A stretch of 63,269 bases of DNA, filler included, from Octopus bimaculoides (lineage: Eukaryota): NCBI RefSeq assembly GCF_001194135.2. It is 6 parts of 5 records of this genome, joined end to end, with 100 filler letters (N's around TTAATTAATTAA, not from the genome) between each part and the next. Parts side by side here need not be neighbours in the genome. Positions count along the whole stretch, not along the records: positions 1 to 16,660 come from NC_068985.1; positions 16,761 to 34,869 come from NC_068985.1; 4 more parts are not named here. The stretch is one strand, 5' to 3'. Within the stretch, counting starts at the first letter, position 1. Every line of letters starts with the position of its first letter. Positions 12,930-24,422 of the stretch are shown piece after piece. The notes under the pieces are model-generated. The model was given only the letters and a program-made list of their open reading frames with translations, did no database searches and was not told where the DNA came from. The translations under genes and the position numbers were made by a program.

Positions 12930-14181
12930 AAATACATTCATGCATAAATACACAGACATGACAGAAGATAATAGACACATTTATAATCATTAAAATTTAT
13001 TTAAGTCTAAAATTATACATTCAGTTGTTAAAATGTGATTATTTAATGTTTAGTAGACTTGCTCTTTGCATTTTTTAATGCAGAGACCCTACTGCACGTG
13101 TTACTGATTAGATTACGAATATTCTCTTCCGGAATTTCTTGCCAATCTCGAGCAGTCATTTCAAAAGATATGGCTTTACAGATGCTTTCTTCTCCATTTG
13201 TTCTCCAGAGATGTTCAATAGGGTTCATATCTAGAGACTGACTTAGCCATGAAAGCTTTTTAATGCCATTCTTTTCCAGCAAATCTAGGGTCATTTTAAC
13301 CGTGCGACAAGGAGCCCTGACTTCCCTAAATAAAGAGTTTTCTTTAATCATTTCCCCAGTTGAGAAGATTGGAAGAATTCCTTTCTGCAATATGGACATA
13401 TATTTATCTGAGTTTATGTTTCCTTCACATTCCACCAGCTCTTATCGACCATTGCTTTCCAGACCATCACAGAATTGCTGCCATGTTTCTTTGTTGGCTG
13501 CAATCTTTTCACATCAAATTCTTGATCACAGTCTCCATACCCACATTCGACCAATGTCAGAAAATGCAGCAAATTTGGACCCATTGGAAAATATGACAGT
13601 GTCGCAAAACGCTAATGGCCTTTCCACCATCTCCTTGGCCCAGTATTTTCTCCGCTTGATATTGGCTGATCGAAGAAGTGGCTTCCTTCTTGCTGTTCTG
13701 CCATTGTAACCAAGTTTGTGGAGATACCTGACAGATGTTTTGGGACTGATACCAACTTATTTTGCCATGTTAGAGGCATTATTGCAACAAGGATTGTCCT
13801 CTACACTTCTCTTTAGAAAGGGAAAGGTCCTGTAAGAGGGCCTCGATCAACCTGGGCTAGGTGATGTGGACTCCTACTCTTCTCTAGTGAATTGTACAAT
13901 CACTCTGTTAACGGTAGAAAGCGGGATCCCAAAGTTTTTTGCAATTTTACACTATGCCCACTTTCGGACTGACCCACAATATGGCCTCTTTGAAGTTTAT
14001 TGAGTTCCGAGGTTTCTTTTGTACATAGCATGATTAAACTGTACATATTGAACCTGAAACACAAAAATGTCAATAAAAAATATAAACTTTTACAAGTTAG
14101 AATAAACATAAAGTATTTTTTATGTGGTGTCTATTTGCTTCTGTCGTGTCTATGTATATGCAATCATACTTACAGACAGTA
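12930..14181 (-). mobile_element. Degenerate Tc1 (DD34E-type) transposon
   Basis: Minus ORF fragments LSWLSQSLDMNPIEHLW (WPSQSPDLNPIE) and an N-terminal HTH piece; decayed inverted repeats TACAxAGACAxGACAGAAGxxAATAGACAC near 12950 and 14140. Confidence 0.85.
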
Positions 14182-14669
14182 ACCTAGCGCTTTAGCTTAG
14201 TTGCATTTGCTTTTGTTGTCAACGTGTCAGGTCGACATGACCGAGTGACACATGAACAAAGATATTCCGACTAATCCCTCGACTGTCGCAATTGTTACTT
14301 TCTAAAAGCCCACTCGACAGGTGAAAATCCGTGAAGCAGAAACAGCATTGTACTGTATATTTTTTTTTTAATTTTTATTTTCATAATTTGTATATATTCA
14401 TTTTATTATAGATGCAACACAACACCACGAAGGAATTGAGGTAAACTTAAATAATAAGGTAAACCGAGAGTGGTAAACCGGGATATGGCGAGCAATTACT
14501 GTACCGTATTCAATGTATATCTAGTTCCGGTATGTCCTTGCAATTTTAAGACTTCAGCGTGTTGTTTGAAGGAATGGAATCTTGCTGCTATTAATCGCAT
14601 CTTGAGGCGACTGAGTAAGGCGCTTTCTGTGTTGGCTAGTAACATTAGTGTTGTTCGGGTTTGTGGCTG

Positions 14670-15126
14670 TGGTGGTGGTGTTGGTGGTGGCTTTGGTGGT
14701 GGTGATAGTGGTTGTGGTGGTGGTGGTNNNNNNNNNNNNNNNNNNNNNNNNNNNNNNNNNNNNNNNNNNNNNNNNNNNNNNNNNNNNNNNNNNNNNNNNN
14801 NNNNNNNNNNNNNNNNNNNNNNNNNNNNNNNNNNNNNNNNNNNNNNNNNNNNNNNNNNNNNNNNNNNNNNNNNNNNNNNNNNNNNNNNNNNNNNNNNNNN
14901 NNNNNNNNNNNNNNNNNNNNNNNNNNNNNNNNNNNNNNNNNNNNNNNNNNNNNNNNNNNNNNNNNNNNNNNNNNNNNNNNNGGTGGTGGTGGTGGTGGTG
15001 GTGGTGATAGTGGTTGTGGTGGTGGTGATGGTGGTGGTGGTGATGGTAGTGGTGGTGATGTTTTGTAGGTGTCGTTTTTCTTGGTAGTAGTCGTCGTTGT
15101 CATGTTTTTGTTGTTATTGTTGATGT

Positions 15127-15181
<55 letters not shown>

Positions 15182-15212
15182 GATAGTGATGGTGATAGTG
15201 GTGGTGGTAAGT
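14670..15212. repeat. (GGT)n/(GTT)n compound microsatellite spanning a gap
   Basis: Directly visible. Confidence 0.9.
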
Positions 15213-16447
15213 ATTTGCAATGATCATACATATACATGTTACTGATAAATGACTTGATATACGTCAAGGCGTTCCCTATAGCTAAAGCGTCTGACTTAGG
15301 TTATTTGATTAGTGAATGGTTTCCTCTGCAACTTTTCCAGTATCCTGGAAATCTAAGATGGGGGGCAACAATATTTTTTTTCTTTTTTGCTATGGTGTAT
15401 GCAAATGGAAGAATAAGCCATAACTACAGCAGGATTCCTGTACGAATGTATCGAGTAAACTCATAATGTATTTATATATTTTGTTATATTCCAACAAGAG
15501 ACTCTGTTAAATGGATCGAAGCACATGGCTTAAGGTTTAACAGATCTATGGGTTGTGTTTATTACTCAAGAGCAGAGACATTCCTACGGATGTCTCCGCT
15601 GTTTCCTCCCACCCCTACACGACTTGAATGGCTTTGGTAAAAATGCTTGCTCTAGGTGTCACGAAATGGGACCGAGTTGGAATGACGTGAGCATGAAACA
15701 GTAGTTTTAACCGCGAGGTCATGCCTATCAATTTAGTTCCTAACCATTGAAATCTTGTCATATCATGTTGGTGAAAATTTGTTATTGTGCTTCGAGAAAT
15801 TTTCCTCCGGTGACATTCATTGTCAAAGAATGTTCGTAAGCAAAGACCTGTGGCTAAGAATTTCGCCTCGCAACTATGTGAGAGACAGCTTGGCTAGCAA
15901 GCGTCTTCATCTTCTGTAGTAAGGTCATAAATTTCAAAGTCACGTGACAGAATATTTTTCAACGAAACTTTGTAAAATCCCGTTGGAGGAATACTTCCAG
16001 TTCTTGCCTCATTATCTAAACCTGTCTCCAAATTTAAAACCATCATGACCACTGCTTGCCTTTAACTGAGTCCATTCTGTTACAAACATCCAGCCCGGAT
16101 CTCTGTTCTAAGGGTAAATTCTCCCTGCCTAACACCAATCTTAGAATCACTGACAAAGATTTAAGAGTATTTAGACTTTCTCCTCTAGATCAGATCTTAA
16201 AAAGGAGCAAGAATAGAATGGGTACTATATATTGTTTCCCAGTAGGGATAACATTTTATATAAAGATTTGTCTTACATGTACGTGTAATTTCTACAAACT
16301 ATATAACGCTCTATATATATGCATTTTTGCTATGTTGCATACGCATTGATATTATAGATGTTGGTGATGTCAATATTTTAGCTCAATGTCTCCCCTAATT
16401 GGGAAGACCTATCATCATATATGCACATATGCGCATGTGTGTGTGCA

Positions 16448-16660
16448 TACGAGGGAGTACTGAAAAGTGTCTGGCTTTAAGGGTCTCACAAAAGACCTGA
16501 TTGGAGGCCCAAACTTCCGAGTTTTTTTACAGGGCTTAGAAAAATTGAAGGACCGCTGTAATAAATGTCTGAATTTGAGAGGGGAATATGTTGAATAAAA
16601 TAATAATTAACTAATCTTCCAGCATTTTCTTTTACCAAAAGCTAGGAATTATTTAACACC
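16448..16660 (+). mobile_element. Internally deleted mariner (MITE)
   Basis: TACGAGGGAGTACTGAAAAGT terminus, transposase C-terminus remnant (DRCNKCLNLRGEYVE*), and reverse TIR AAAGCTAGGAATTATTTAACACC. Confidence 0.7.
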
Positions 16661-17149
16661 NNNNNNNNNNNNNNNNNNNNNNNNNNNNNNNNNNNNNNNN
16701 NNNNTTAATTAATTAANNNNNNNNNNNNNNNNNNNNNNNNNNNNNNNNNNNNNNNNNNNNCGCCCATTTTCTCCCAAATTTGTTTATTTTAAATTTTTTT
16801 GCGAAAACCCCCCCTTTTTTGGATACGGAGGTTCCAGAAAATTGCCAAAAATCAACCTTGTGAAAAATTAACTTCAGCGTGGATCTTTACCCTTTGAACG
16901 GCACATCGAGAAATTAATTTTCTGTAACTAAACACTTTCAAACTTCGGACACTGGTAGAATGTGTCATATAAAACATCTTTTACTCTTAGTGCTGTTGAG
17001 AAAAGTTTGTATTTTCAAAGTTATTTCGTGTTAAAGTTGTCGTATTTCGGTAATTTCAACCAACCAATGACGTGTATTTAGCTGAATAAAATGATTGTTG
17101 TTGTTCGTCAACAACAACTTAACCGGCGGTGTATAAGGATGCTGTCAGT

Positions 17150-18095
17150 AAGGTGAGGGTTGGCAATTCAGTGTGCAAATAGGAATTCATCAAGGATTGG
17201 TCCTCAGCCCCCTCTTGTTCATCATAATCCTCCAGGAATTTATGTCTGGCTGGTCTTGGGAGGTTCTCTATGCTGATGACCTTGTTCTTTGAGCTGAATC
17301 ACTATCAGAAACAATTTCAGGTGTGTGGAAGCAATGTCTGGAATCAAAGGGCCTTAGAGGATTTAATTTAGCAAAGACCAAAGTCTTAGTAAGTAGGAAA
17401 GCAGACAAATCACAAACCTCTTCAGATAGATGGCTCTGATCGATATGTAGAAAAGTCGAAGATAGAAACTCAATATGGTGTACCTGGTACAAGCTATGAA
17501 CACATAGGAGGTGCAGCAGTATCAGAGGAAAATTAACAGGGAAAATAGTCTTTGTGTTGGCCAAATACTCAGGTACAAGGAACACTAGAAATATACTGAA
17601 AATAGACTCCATAAAATGCCAGGTCAAATATCTAGAAGTAGTTGATAGCTTCTGTTATCTACGTGACCAAGTCAGCATTGGAGGCAGAGTGAAAGGCAGA
17701 TTGTATGCTGCCTATGTACGAAGAGTCATGCTACATGGTAGTGAAACCTGAGCTATGACTGCAGAAAACATGTGAAGGCTTGAAAGAAATGAATCTAGTA
17801 ATTGCTGTTGGATGTGCAACAACAGAGTGTAAGTGACTTGAGAGAAAAATTGGTCATCAGATGAAGTGCGCAATGCAGACCATTGCACTGGTATGGTCAT
17901 GTGATGTGTATGAATGAAGACAGCTGTGGAAAGATGTATGCTGGTGACACATAAAAGGCACCTGGTATACTCAAGGGGTGGTTGGTATTAGGAAGGGCAT
18001 TGAGACTGGAACCTGGTGCAGCTCTTCGGCTTACCAATTCCAGTCGGACTGTATAACCCATGCAAGCATGGAAAGTGGACGTTAAATGATGATGA
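17150..18095 (+). mobile_element. Degenerate, internally deleted RTE-clade LINE 3' portion
   Basis: HQGLVLSPLLF, LYADDL, VVDSFCYL, RVMLHGSET; 3' end GTGGACGTTAAATGATGATGA; same family as 20224-21865. Confidence 0.85.
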
Positions 18096-20223
18096 TATCA
18101 CTAAATGAAAACAAAGAAAAGAGATTGTATTACCTTGCATAGGTTGCTTAATGATTAATGTGTGTTAGTCATAACTCACCCAACCAAACCAGACTTTGAC
18201 AGAATAAATTAAAAAGAAAATGTAAGATAATTTAAGGTTAAAAGAACAATGTGTTATGAACCTTTGGAAGAATTTACTAGAAGTAAAAAAAGTTTACTAT
18301 AAATTGTGTTGGATATTGATAACATTGATTTAACAGGGCAATAGAATATGCTAGATTAGGAAACTAATCCTCTGTGACCAGTCCCCTTGGATTAAAATAA
18401 GATCTATTTCTCCATTTGATATAAGCATGACTTGCTTAACATCACTGATTTTAATTGGGCCATATATTTCCACAACTTCAATGAAGGTTCACTTATACTG
18501 AGAGGCCTATATCATTATAACTGTCTATTAGCCATGAAAAACTGTAACTCATGAATTCTGAGCAAAATAACTCTAATTTTGCTAATAGTGCTGATAGTCA
18601 TGAAGAGGACTCTTTTTGCTTTATGAAATATAAAAAATTTTATACCATAAGAGAAAATTTTCTTGTGGTTCAGTATAGCCATTGCTGAATCCAACAACAA
18701 GATGGTGCTAAAGTGCAGAGTCAATAAAAAGGGGAATACCACAGCTGTTCATATAGGATTAACGCATACTGATGCTACTTGTCAAACTGACATGTTCCTG
18801 TGTAGTGAGAGCTGAAATGAAACATGAATTCAAAGCTTCAGATATTGAGTTTTGAATCAGAATTTCAAGAAATGGATGAGCTGCTTAGTAAACATATATT
18901 TCTATGAAAAAAATGCACTAAATTTAGTCTTCTGTAGCCCAAAATTAGCATGGAATTGTATTCAGAATTTTGTTTCTTCCCTCTCACTGTTTTGACATGT
19001 GGAGAGCAAGGTCTGAATTTTACCTAGCAGATATTCTTGTACATGTAAATTTTGTTTTTCTTTGAAAAATATTGGTCAAATTTTATCAATAAAAATTTGT
19101 ACAGTGAATGTTATCTTGTAGACTATTTAAGTCCGATGTGATGTTCTTTTTCCAATTTTGAATACAGTTGGATAATTTGTGGTTAGTGTTTGTGTTTTCG
19201 CAAGTAGTGCTGATTTGTTTTGGGTGGTTTTTTTCTCTCCTATTAATGAGTTTGCTATCAGTTACATGTTTTTAAAGTTAAAGCAAAGCATTAGTTTTCT
19301 CATTGAGTTTATTTTTTAATCTTGCAATTCTGCAATTTTAAAATGCAATTCTGAGAAAGATACTAAGGTGGTTGTGGGATGTGCAGCTAAATCTTTCTTA
19401 AATCACATCTTTTCATCTGAAAATATTTTCAAAATTTTTTTTTAATTTTACTGAAAAGGTTTTTCCTATTNNNNNNNNNNNNNNNNNNNNNNNNNNNNNN
19501 NNNNNNNNNNNNNNNNNNNNNNNNNNNNNNNNNNNNNNNNNNNNNNNNNNNNNNNNNNNNNNNNNNNNNNNNNNNNNNNNNNNNNNNNNNNNNNNNNNNN
19601 NNNNNNNNNNNNNNNNNNNNNNNNNNNNNNNNNNNNNNNNNNNNNNNNNNNNNNNNNNNNNNNNNNNNNNNNNNNNNNNNNNNNNNNNNNNNNNNNNNNN
19701 NNNNNNNNNNNNNNNNNNNNNNNNNNNNNNNNNNNNNNNNNNNNNNNNNNNNNNNNNNNNNNNNNNNNNNNNNNNNNNNNNNNNNNNNNNNNNNNNNNNN
19801 NNNNNNNNNNNNNNNNNNNNNNNNNNNNNNNNNNNNNNNNNNNNNNNNNNNNNNNNNNNNNNNNNNNNNNNNNNNNNNNNNNNNNNNNNNNNNNNNNNNN
19901 NNNNNNNNNNNNNNNNNNNNNNNNNNNNNNNNNNNNNNNNNNNNNNNNNNNNNNNNNNNNNNNNNNNNNNNNNNNNNNNNNNNNNNNNNNNNNNNNNNNN
20001 NNNNNNNNNNNNNNNNNNNNNNNNNNNNNNNNNNNNNNNNNNNNNNNNNNNNNNNNNNNNNNNNNNNNNNNNNNNNNNNNNNNNNNNNNNNNNNNNNNNN
20101 NNNNNNNNNNNNNNNNNNNNNNNNNNNNNNNNNNNNNNNNNNNNNNNNNNNNNNNNNNNNNNNNNNNNNNNNNNNNNNNNNNNNNNNNNNNNNNNNNNNN
20201 NNNNNNNNNNNNNNNNNNNNNNN

Positions 20224-21865
20224 TATTTTATATGCCACCTGCACAGGAGCCAGTCCAGCGGCACTGGCAACGACCTCATTCAAATGTCTTTACATGTGCC
20301 ACTGGCACAAGTACCGGGAAGGCGACGCTGGTAATGATCACGCTCAAATGGTGCTATTTATGTGCCATTGGCACGGAAGCCAGACAGCTGCTCTGGCAAC
20401 GATCATGCTCGGACGGTGCTCTTAGTACAGGTGCCATCGCGATTTCGCTTTCACTTGCCCCAGCAGGTCTTTGCAAGCCCAGTGTCCAATGAAGGAGATG
20501 TTGGCATAGGTGCCACTCGTCGAATTTAGTTCGATTTCGATTTCACTTGCCTCAACAGGTCTTCGCAAGCGGAGTGTGGTGTCCAGTGAAGGAAAGGTAC
20601 GCATAGGTGGGCTGGCTAAACCCCTGGCAGAGGCCTTGGATTATGGTCTCACTTGGTTTGCCGGGTCTTCTCACGCACAGCATATTTCCAAAGGTCTCGG
20701 TCAGAAGTCATTGCCTCGGTGAGGCCTAATGTTTGAAGGTCGTGCTTCACAACCTCATCCCAGCTCTTCCTGGATCTATTTCTTCCACAGGTTCCCTCAA
20801 CTGTTAGGCTGTGGCACTTTTTCACACAGCTATCCTCATCCATTCTCGCCACATGACCATACCAGCACAATCATCTTGCACACCACAACTGATGCTTCTT
20901 AGGTTCAGCTTTTTTCTCAAGGTGCTTACACTCTGTCGAGTATGCACACTGACTTTACACATCCATCGGAGCATACTGGCTTCATTCCTTGCAAGCTTAC
21001 GCATGTCCTCAGCAGTCATGGCCCATGTTTCACTGCCATGTAGCATGGCTGTTCGTACACATGCGTCATACAATCTGCCTTTTACTCTGAGTGAGAGTCC
21101 CTTTGTTGCCAGCAGAGGTAAGAGCTCTCTGAACTTTGTCCAGGCTATTCTTATTCTAGCAGCTACACTTTCAGCGCACCCTCCCTCACTACTAACTTGG
21201 TCACCTAGATAGTGGAAGCTATCAACTACGTCTAGTTTTTCTCCCTGGAATGTGGCAAAAGTTGTTTTCTGCAGATTTTCAGTGTTTATTGCTCCTGAAC
21301 ATCTGCCACATACAAAAACTAACTTCCTAGTTAACCATCCTTTGATATTGCTGCACCTCTTATGTGTCCATAGCTTATATTGGGTACATCTTATAGAGTT
21401 TCTACCCACGCCTTTTCTACAGATTGAGCAGGGCCATCTATCTGAAAGGGTTTGTGTTTTGTCTGCCTTCCTACTCATTAGGACTTAGGTTTTAGCTAGG
21501 TTGACTCTAAGGCCCTTCGATTCTAGTCCTTGCTTCCACACCTGAAACTTCTCTAGTTCTGATAGTGACTCAGCAATTAGCGCAAGGTCATCAGCATAGA
21601 GGAGCTTCCAGGCGCATCCTGTCTTGAATTCCTGTGTTATTGCCTGGTGGACTATGATAAATAGGATGGGGCTGAGGACTGAACCTTGGTGGACCCCTAC
21701 CTCTACTTGGAATTCTTCACTGTACACCTTACTGATAGCATCTCTGTACATGGCTCGCACAGCTCTCACTAACCATTCTTGTATCCCTAGTTTCCTCATT
21801 GACCACTAGATAAGGGATCAAGAGACCTTGTCAAAGGCTTTCTCCATGTCAATGAAAGCCAGAGA
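20224..21865 (-). mobile_element. 5'-truncated RTE (BovB-like) LINE: RT, PHD-like insert, C-terminus and 3' UTR
   Basis: FIDMEKAFDKV, GVHQGSVLSP, LLYADDL, FHYLG, AMLHGSETW, WYGHVARM. Confidence 0.92.
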
Positions 21866-22263
21866 TTACATCACTAATATGGCTAATTATTCATTTAGAC
21901 AGGATTTTGACCAATTTACTAACTATTCAAATTGTCATATTTCCAAATTTTCAATATGAGTTATCAAGATGTTTTTTTTAGATACTATCCAAGAAAAAGT
22001 ACAGTAGAAGTTAAATTTAAATTATTTCAAAAATTCATAGTGATACCTACTACAAATAAATTTCTATTACCCTACTAATAAAATCTGTAATGATCCTACA
22101 AATGAACTCACTAATCATTTTATTAACAAATTTTTTATTTACCCTACTAATAAACTTTCTATTTAATTTTTAGTTATCCTAAAAAGAAAATTGAGTGACT
22201 TTTCAAGTGTTTGTTTTGACTTTCAATTTCTAGTGTTTAACAGCTAAATATTTTCTGTTTCAG

Positions 22264-22364
22264 TTGACATCTAAAGCATCAATCAAGTTTTTTCCCATCT
22301 ACTTCCACTACTCTATAATTACCAACAAAATGGATAACTCAGAAAACAAGGAAAATTTTACTTG
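22264..22364 (+). CDS. TYMS: Candidate upstream exon of thymidylate synthase (MDNSENKENFT + phase-2 TG)
   Basis: Acceptor TTTTCTGTTTCAG (AG 22262-22263), ATG at 22330 in AAAATGG context, donor TG|GTAACG in phase 2, matching the phase-2 acceptor at 26816. No homology evidence. Confidence 0.4.
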
Positions 22365-22728
22365 GTAACGTTTCTGTTTTTGTATTCTTCACACCTAATG
22401 TTTTAACTCTTTCGTTACTATAATTCTGTAGAAGACACTATCTTTCACTTTAATAGATTTCCAAAATGATGAAGAATTTAAAATAACTTTTTCATTAATT
22501 AAGCTGGTGTTTGGAACAAATTAACATTAAGTTTTGAATAGATTTTAATTATAATCACTTTAAAACAGAAAGTTTGCATCAAAGAACAAGGCATTCTCAG
22601 GCATGTAGGTATCAAAAAAAGTTGCTATAAATGATATTAGAGATTATAAAAACTAATTGAATCAAAAGAGAGTGATGTCCTTCCTTCTAATGCCATCAGG
22701 TCAGTGAATGACACCTGGACTTTTTTAA

Positions 22729-22937
22729 CCCTTTAGCATTCAAGATTACTATGAAATTTCATGCTTATTTATTCACATTGTTTTGAATCAACCGTGCATT
22801 ATCTCATAGCTCAGATTTTAATGGTGTGATTGTTTATTTTTAAAGTGACATTGTAGGATAGGTGTAAGAAGCCTGATCTTTCTGGTAAAACAGGAAGAAT
22901 ATTTGGGCCCAATATGGCTGGTTTGAATGCTAAAGGT
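22729..22937. mobile_element. piggyBac-type MITE
   Basis: TTAA at 22725-22728 and 22938-22941; TIRs CCCTTTAGCATTCAA / TTGAATGCTAAAGGT. Confidence 0.75.
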
Positions 22938-23239
22938 TTAATATCCAATCTGTTGTAGAAATTTTGCGAGAGAATACAAACATGGTTTCCTGTTGTTTTC
23001 CTTTTGGTGGTTTTTATCTGACACCATTTTGTCAGTTGTTGCCAATTGTGACATAGACAAAGATTGACTGGTACTTTTTATCCTGAAAAGATGAACTCAG
23101 TGGGATTTGAACTCAGTTCACTGTGTTGAACCCACCCAAAACTTGAAAATTGATTTGTTTTGGGCTTTAAGTATGAAATTATTAGCAATTATGAAGTTTA
23201 AAACAAATTTTTAACATTAATAATGTGACAACTAAATGT

Positions 23240-24422
23240 ACATTATTTACATTCAACGGATATTTGTCCTCATCTTGTTTGTTGTTAACACAACATTTCA
23301 GCTGATATACCCTCCAGCCTTCATCAGGTGTCTTGGGGAAATTTCAAACCTGGGTTCTCATTCCTAAGGTATTTTTCGATGTTATTATTATTTTCCAGGT
23401 CACTGCTTGGAATTGAACTCGGAATCTTGCCTGTGGGCAATTATGGAGTGAATTTTAGGGCTTATAAATCTAATATTTTTCTATCCTTCTTTAATACTGG
23501 TTCCCATATGCTGCTCATATCTGCACTTGGTCTGCTTAGGAGGTTGTTGTGTCTTAGCATACGTGCTGCTTTTAGTTTTCGTATTTTCCAGTGATGTTCT
23601 CTGTCTATTATTTTAACTTCATCCCCGATTTATCAATATCTCCTCGTGTCACAGCTTTGCGGTGTTCCTCTACCCTTATTTTGAGGGGGCAACATGTTTC
23701 GCCTGTGTATAACCTACCACAGCTGCATGGGATGGAGTGCACGCAGTCTTTGGTCATATTCTCTTCTATTGGTGGTTTTACTCAAAGGAGATATTTGCAA
23801 AGTGTTGTATTACTCTTGAATGCTGTCTTGATGTCATATGAGCCACATATCTTTTGTATCTTTTCGGAGAGGCCTTTCTCATAAGGTAGATAGACTGTAG
23901 ACAGTTTATTGGCCTCATCCTCTCTCTTCTTCATAATTGGAGTGGTTAGTATACTTTTGGGCTAGTTGTTGCTTAACAGATCATTATTGAGCTTGATCCT
24001 TTCTTTGTGGTGTGTATTATGGTCGCTACTTATATTCTTTGCACGATGTTTTAGGCACAGAACAACCCCTCTCTTTACACTGTATGGATGGTGGGAATTG
24101 AAGTTGAGGTTTTGTCCAGTAAAGGTCAGCTTGCGGTATACGGATGTCCTGAATCCATACTTGGTACGTGTTATTAATACGTCCAGGAATGCTAGCTGAT
24201 TGTCTTTTTCCTTTTCCATTGTGAACTGTAATGGATGGCTTTATTGAGTTTTTTTATTGAGTTATTGTATTCTTTATTGAGTTATTGAGCTCTTTATCGA
24301 GTTATTGAGTTCTTTATTGAGTTATTGTGTTAACAACAAACAAGATGAGGACAAATATTCGTCGAATGTAAATAAAGTAAATAATGTATGTAATTCCTCA
24401 TCTCTTAAATATAGAACTGTAC
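23240..24422 (-). mobile_element. Penelope-like element: RT thumb, GIY-YIG remnant, pseudo-LTR and inverted pLTR copy, with 13-bp TSD
   Basis: EKEKDNQLAFLDVLI..TSVYRKLTFTGQNLNFNSHHP (PLE RT C-terminal motifs); inverted repeat 23240-23293 vs 24325-24380; TSD GAC(A/G)ACTAAATGT at 23227-23239 and 24423-24435. Confidence 0.9.
23288..23331 (-). ncRNA. Minimal type I hammerhead ribozyme (stem III mutated)
   Basis: ACAC-CUGAUGA-A-GGCUG..CAGCU-GAAA-UG-UU^GUGU; stem I ACAC/GUGU; GAAAUGUU inferred to derive from palindromic GAAACGUU. Confidence 0.7.

Noticed and set aside
16705-16716. TTAATTAATTAA inside N runs (also 34914, 38880, 56727, 60479)
   Set aside because: Always 44 N + 12 nt + 44 N = 100; an assembler gap spacer with stops in all frames, not biological.
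18420-22260. DHFR exons upstream of TS (bifunctional DHFR-TS)
   Set aside because: No DHFR motifs (GIG..G.LPW) were seen on the plus strand.
24251-24330. Short repeat arrays (20-nt here, 29-nt at 45941) as CRISPR-like
   Set aside because: Head-to-tail with no spacers, no cas genes, eukaryotic context.
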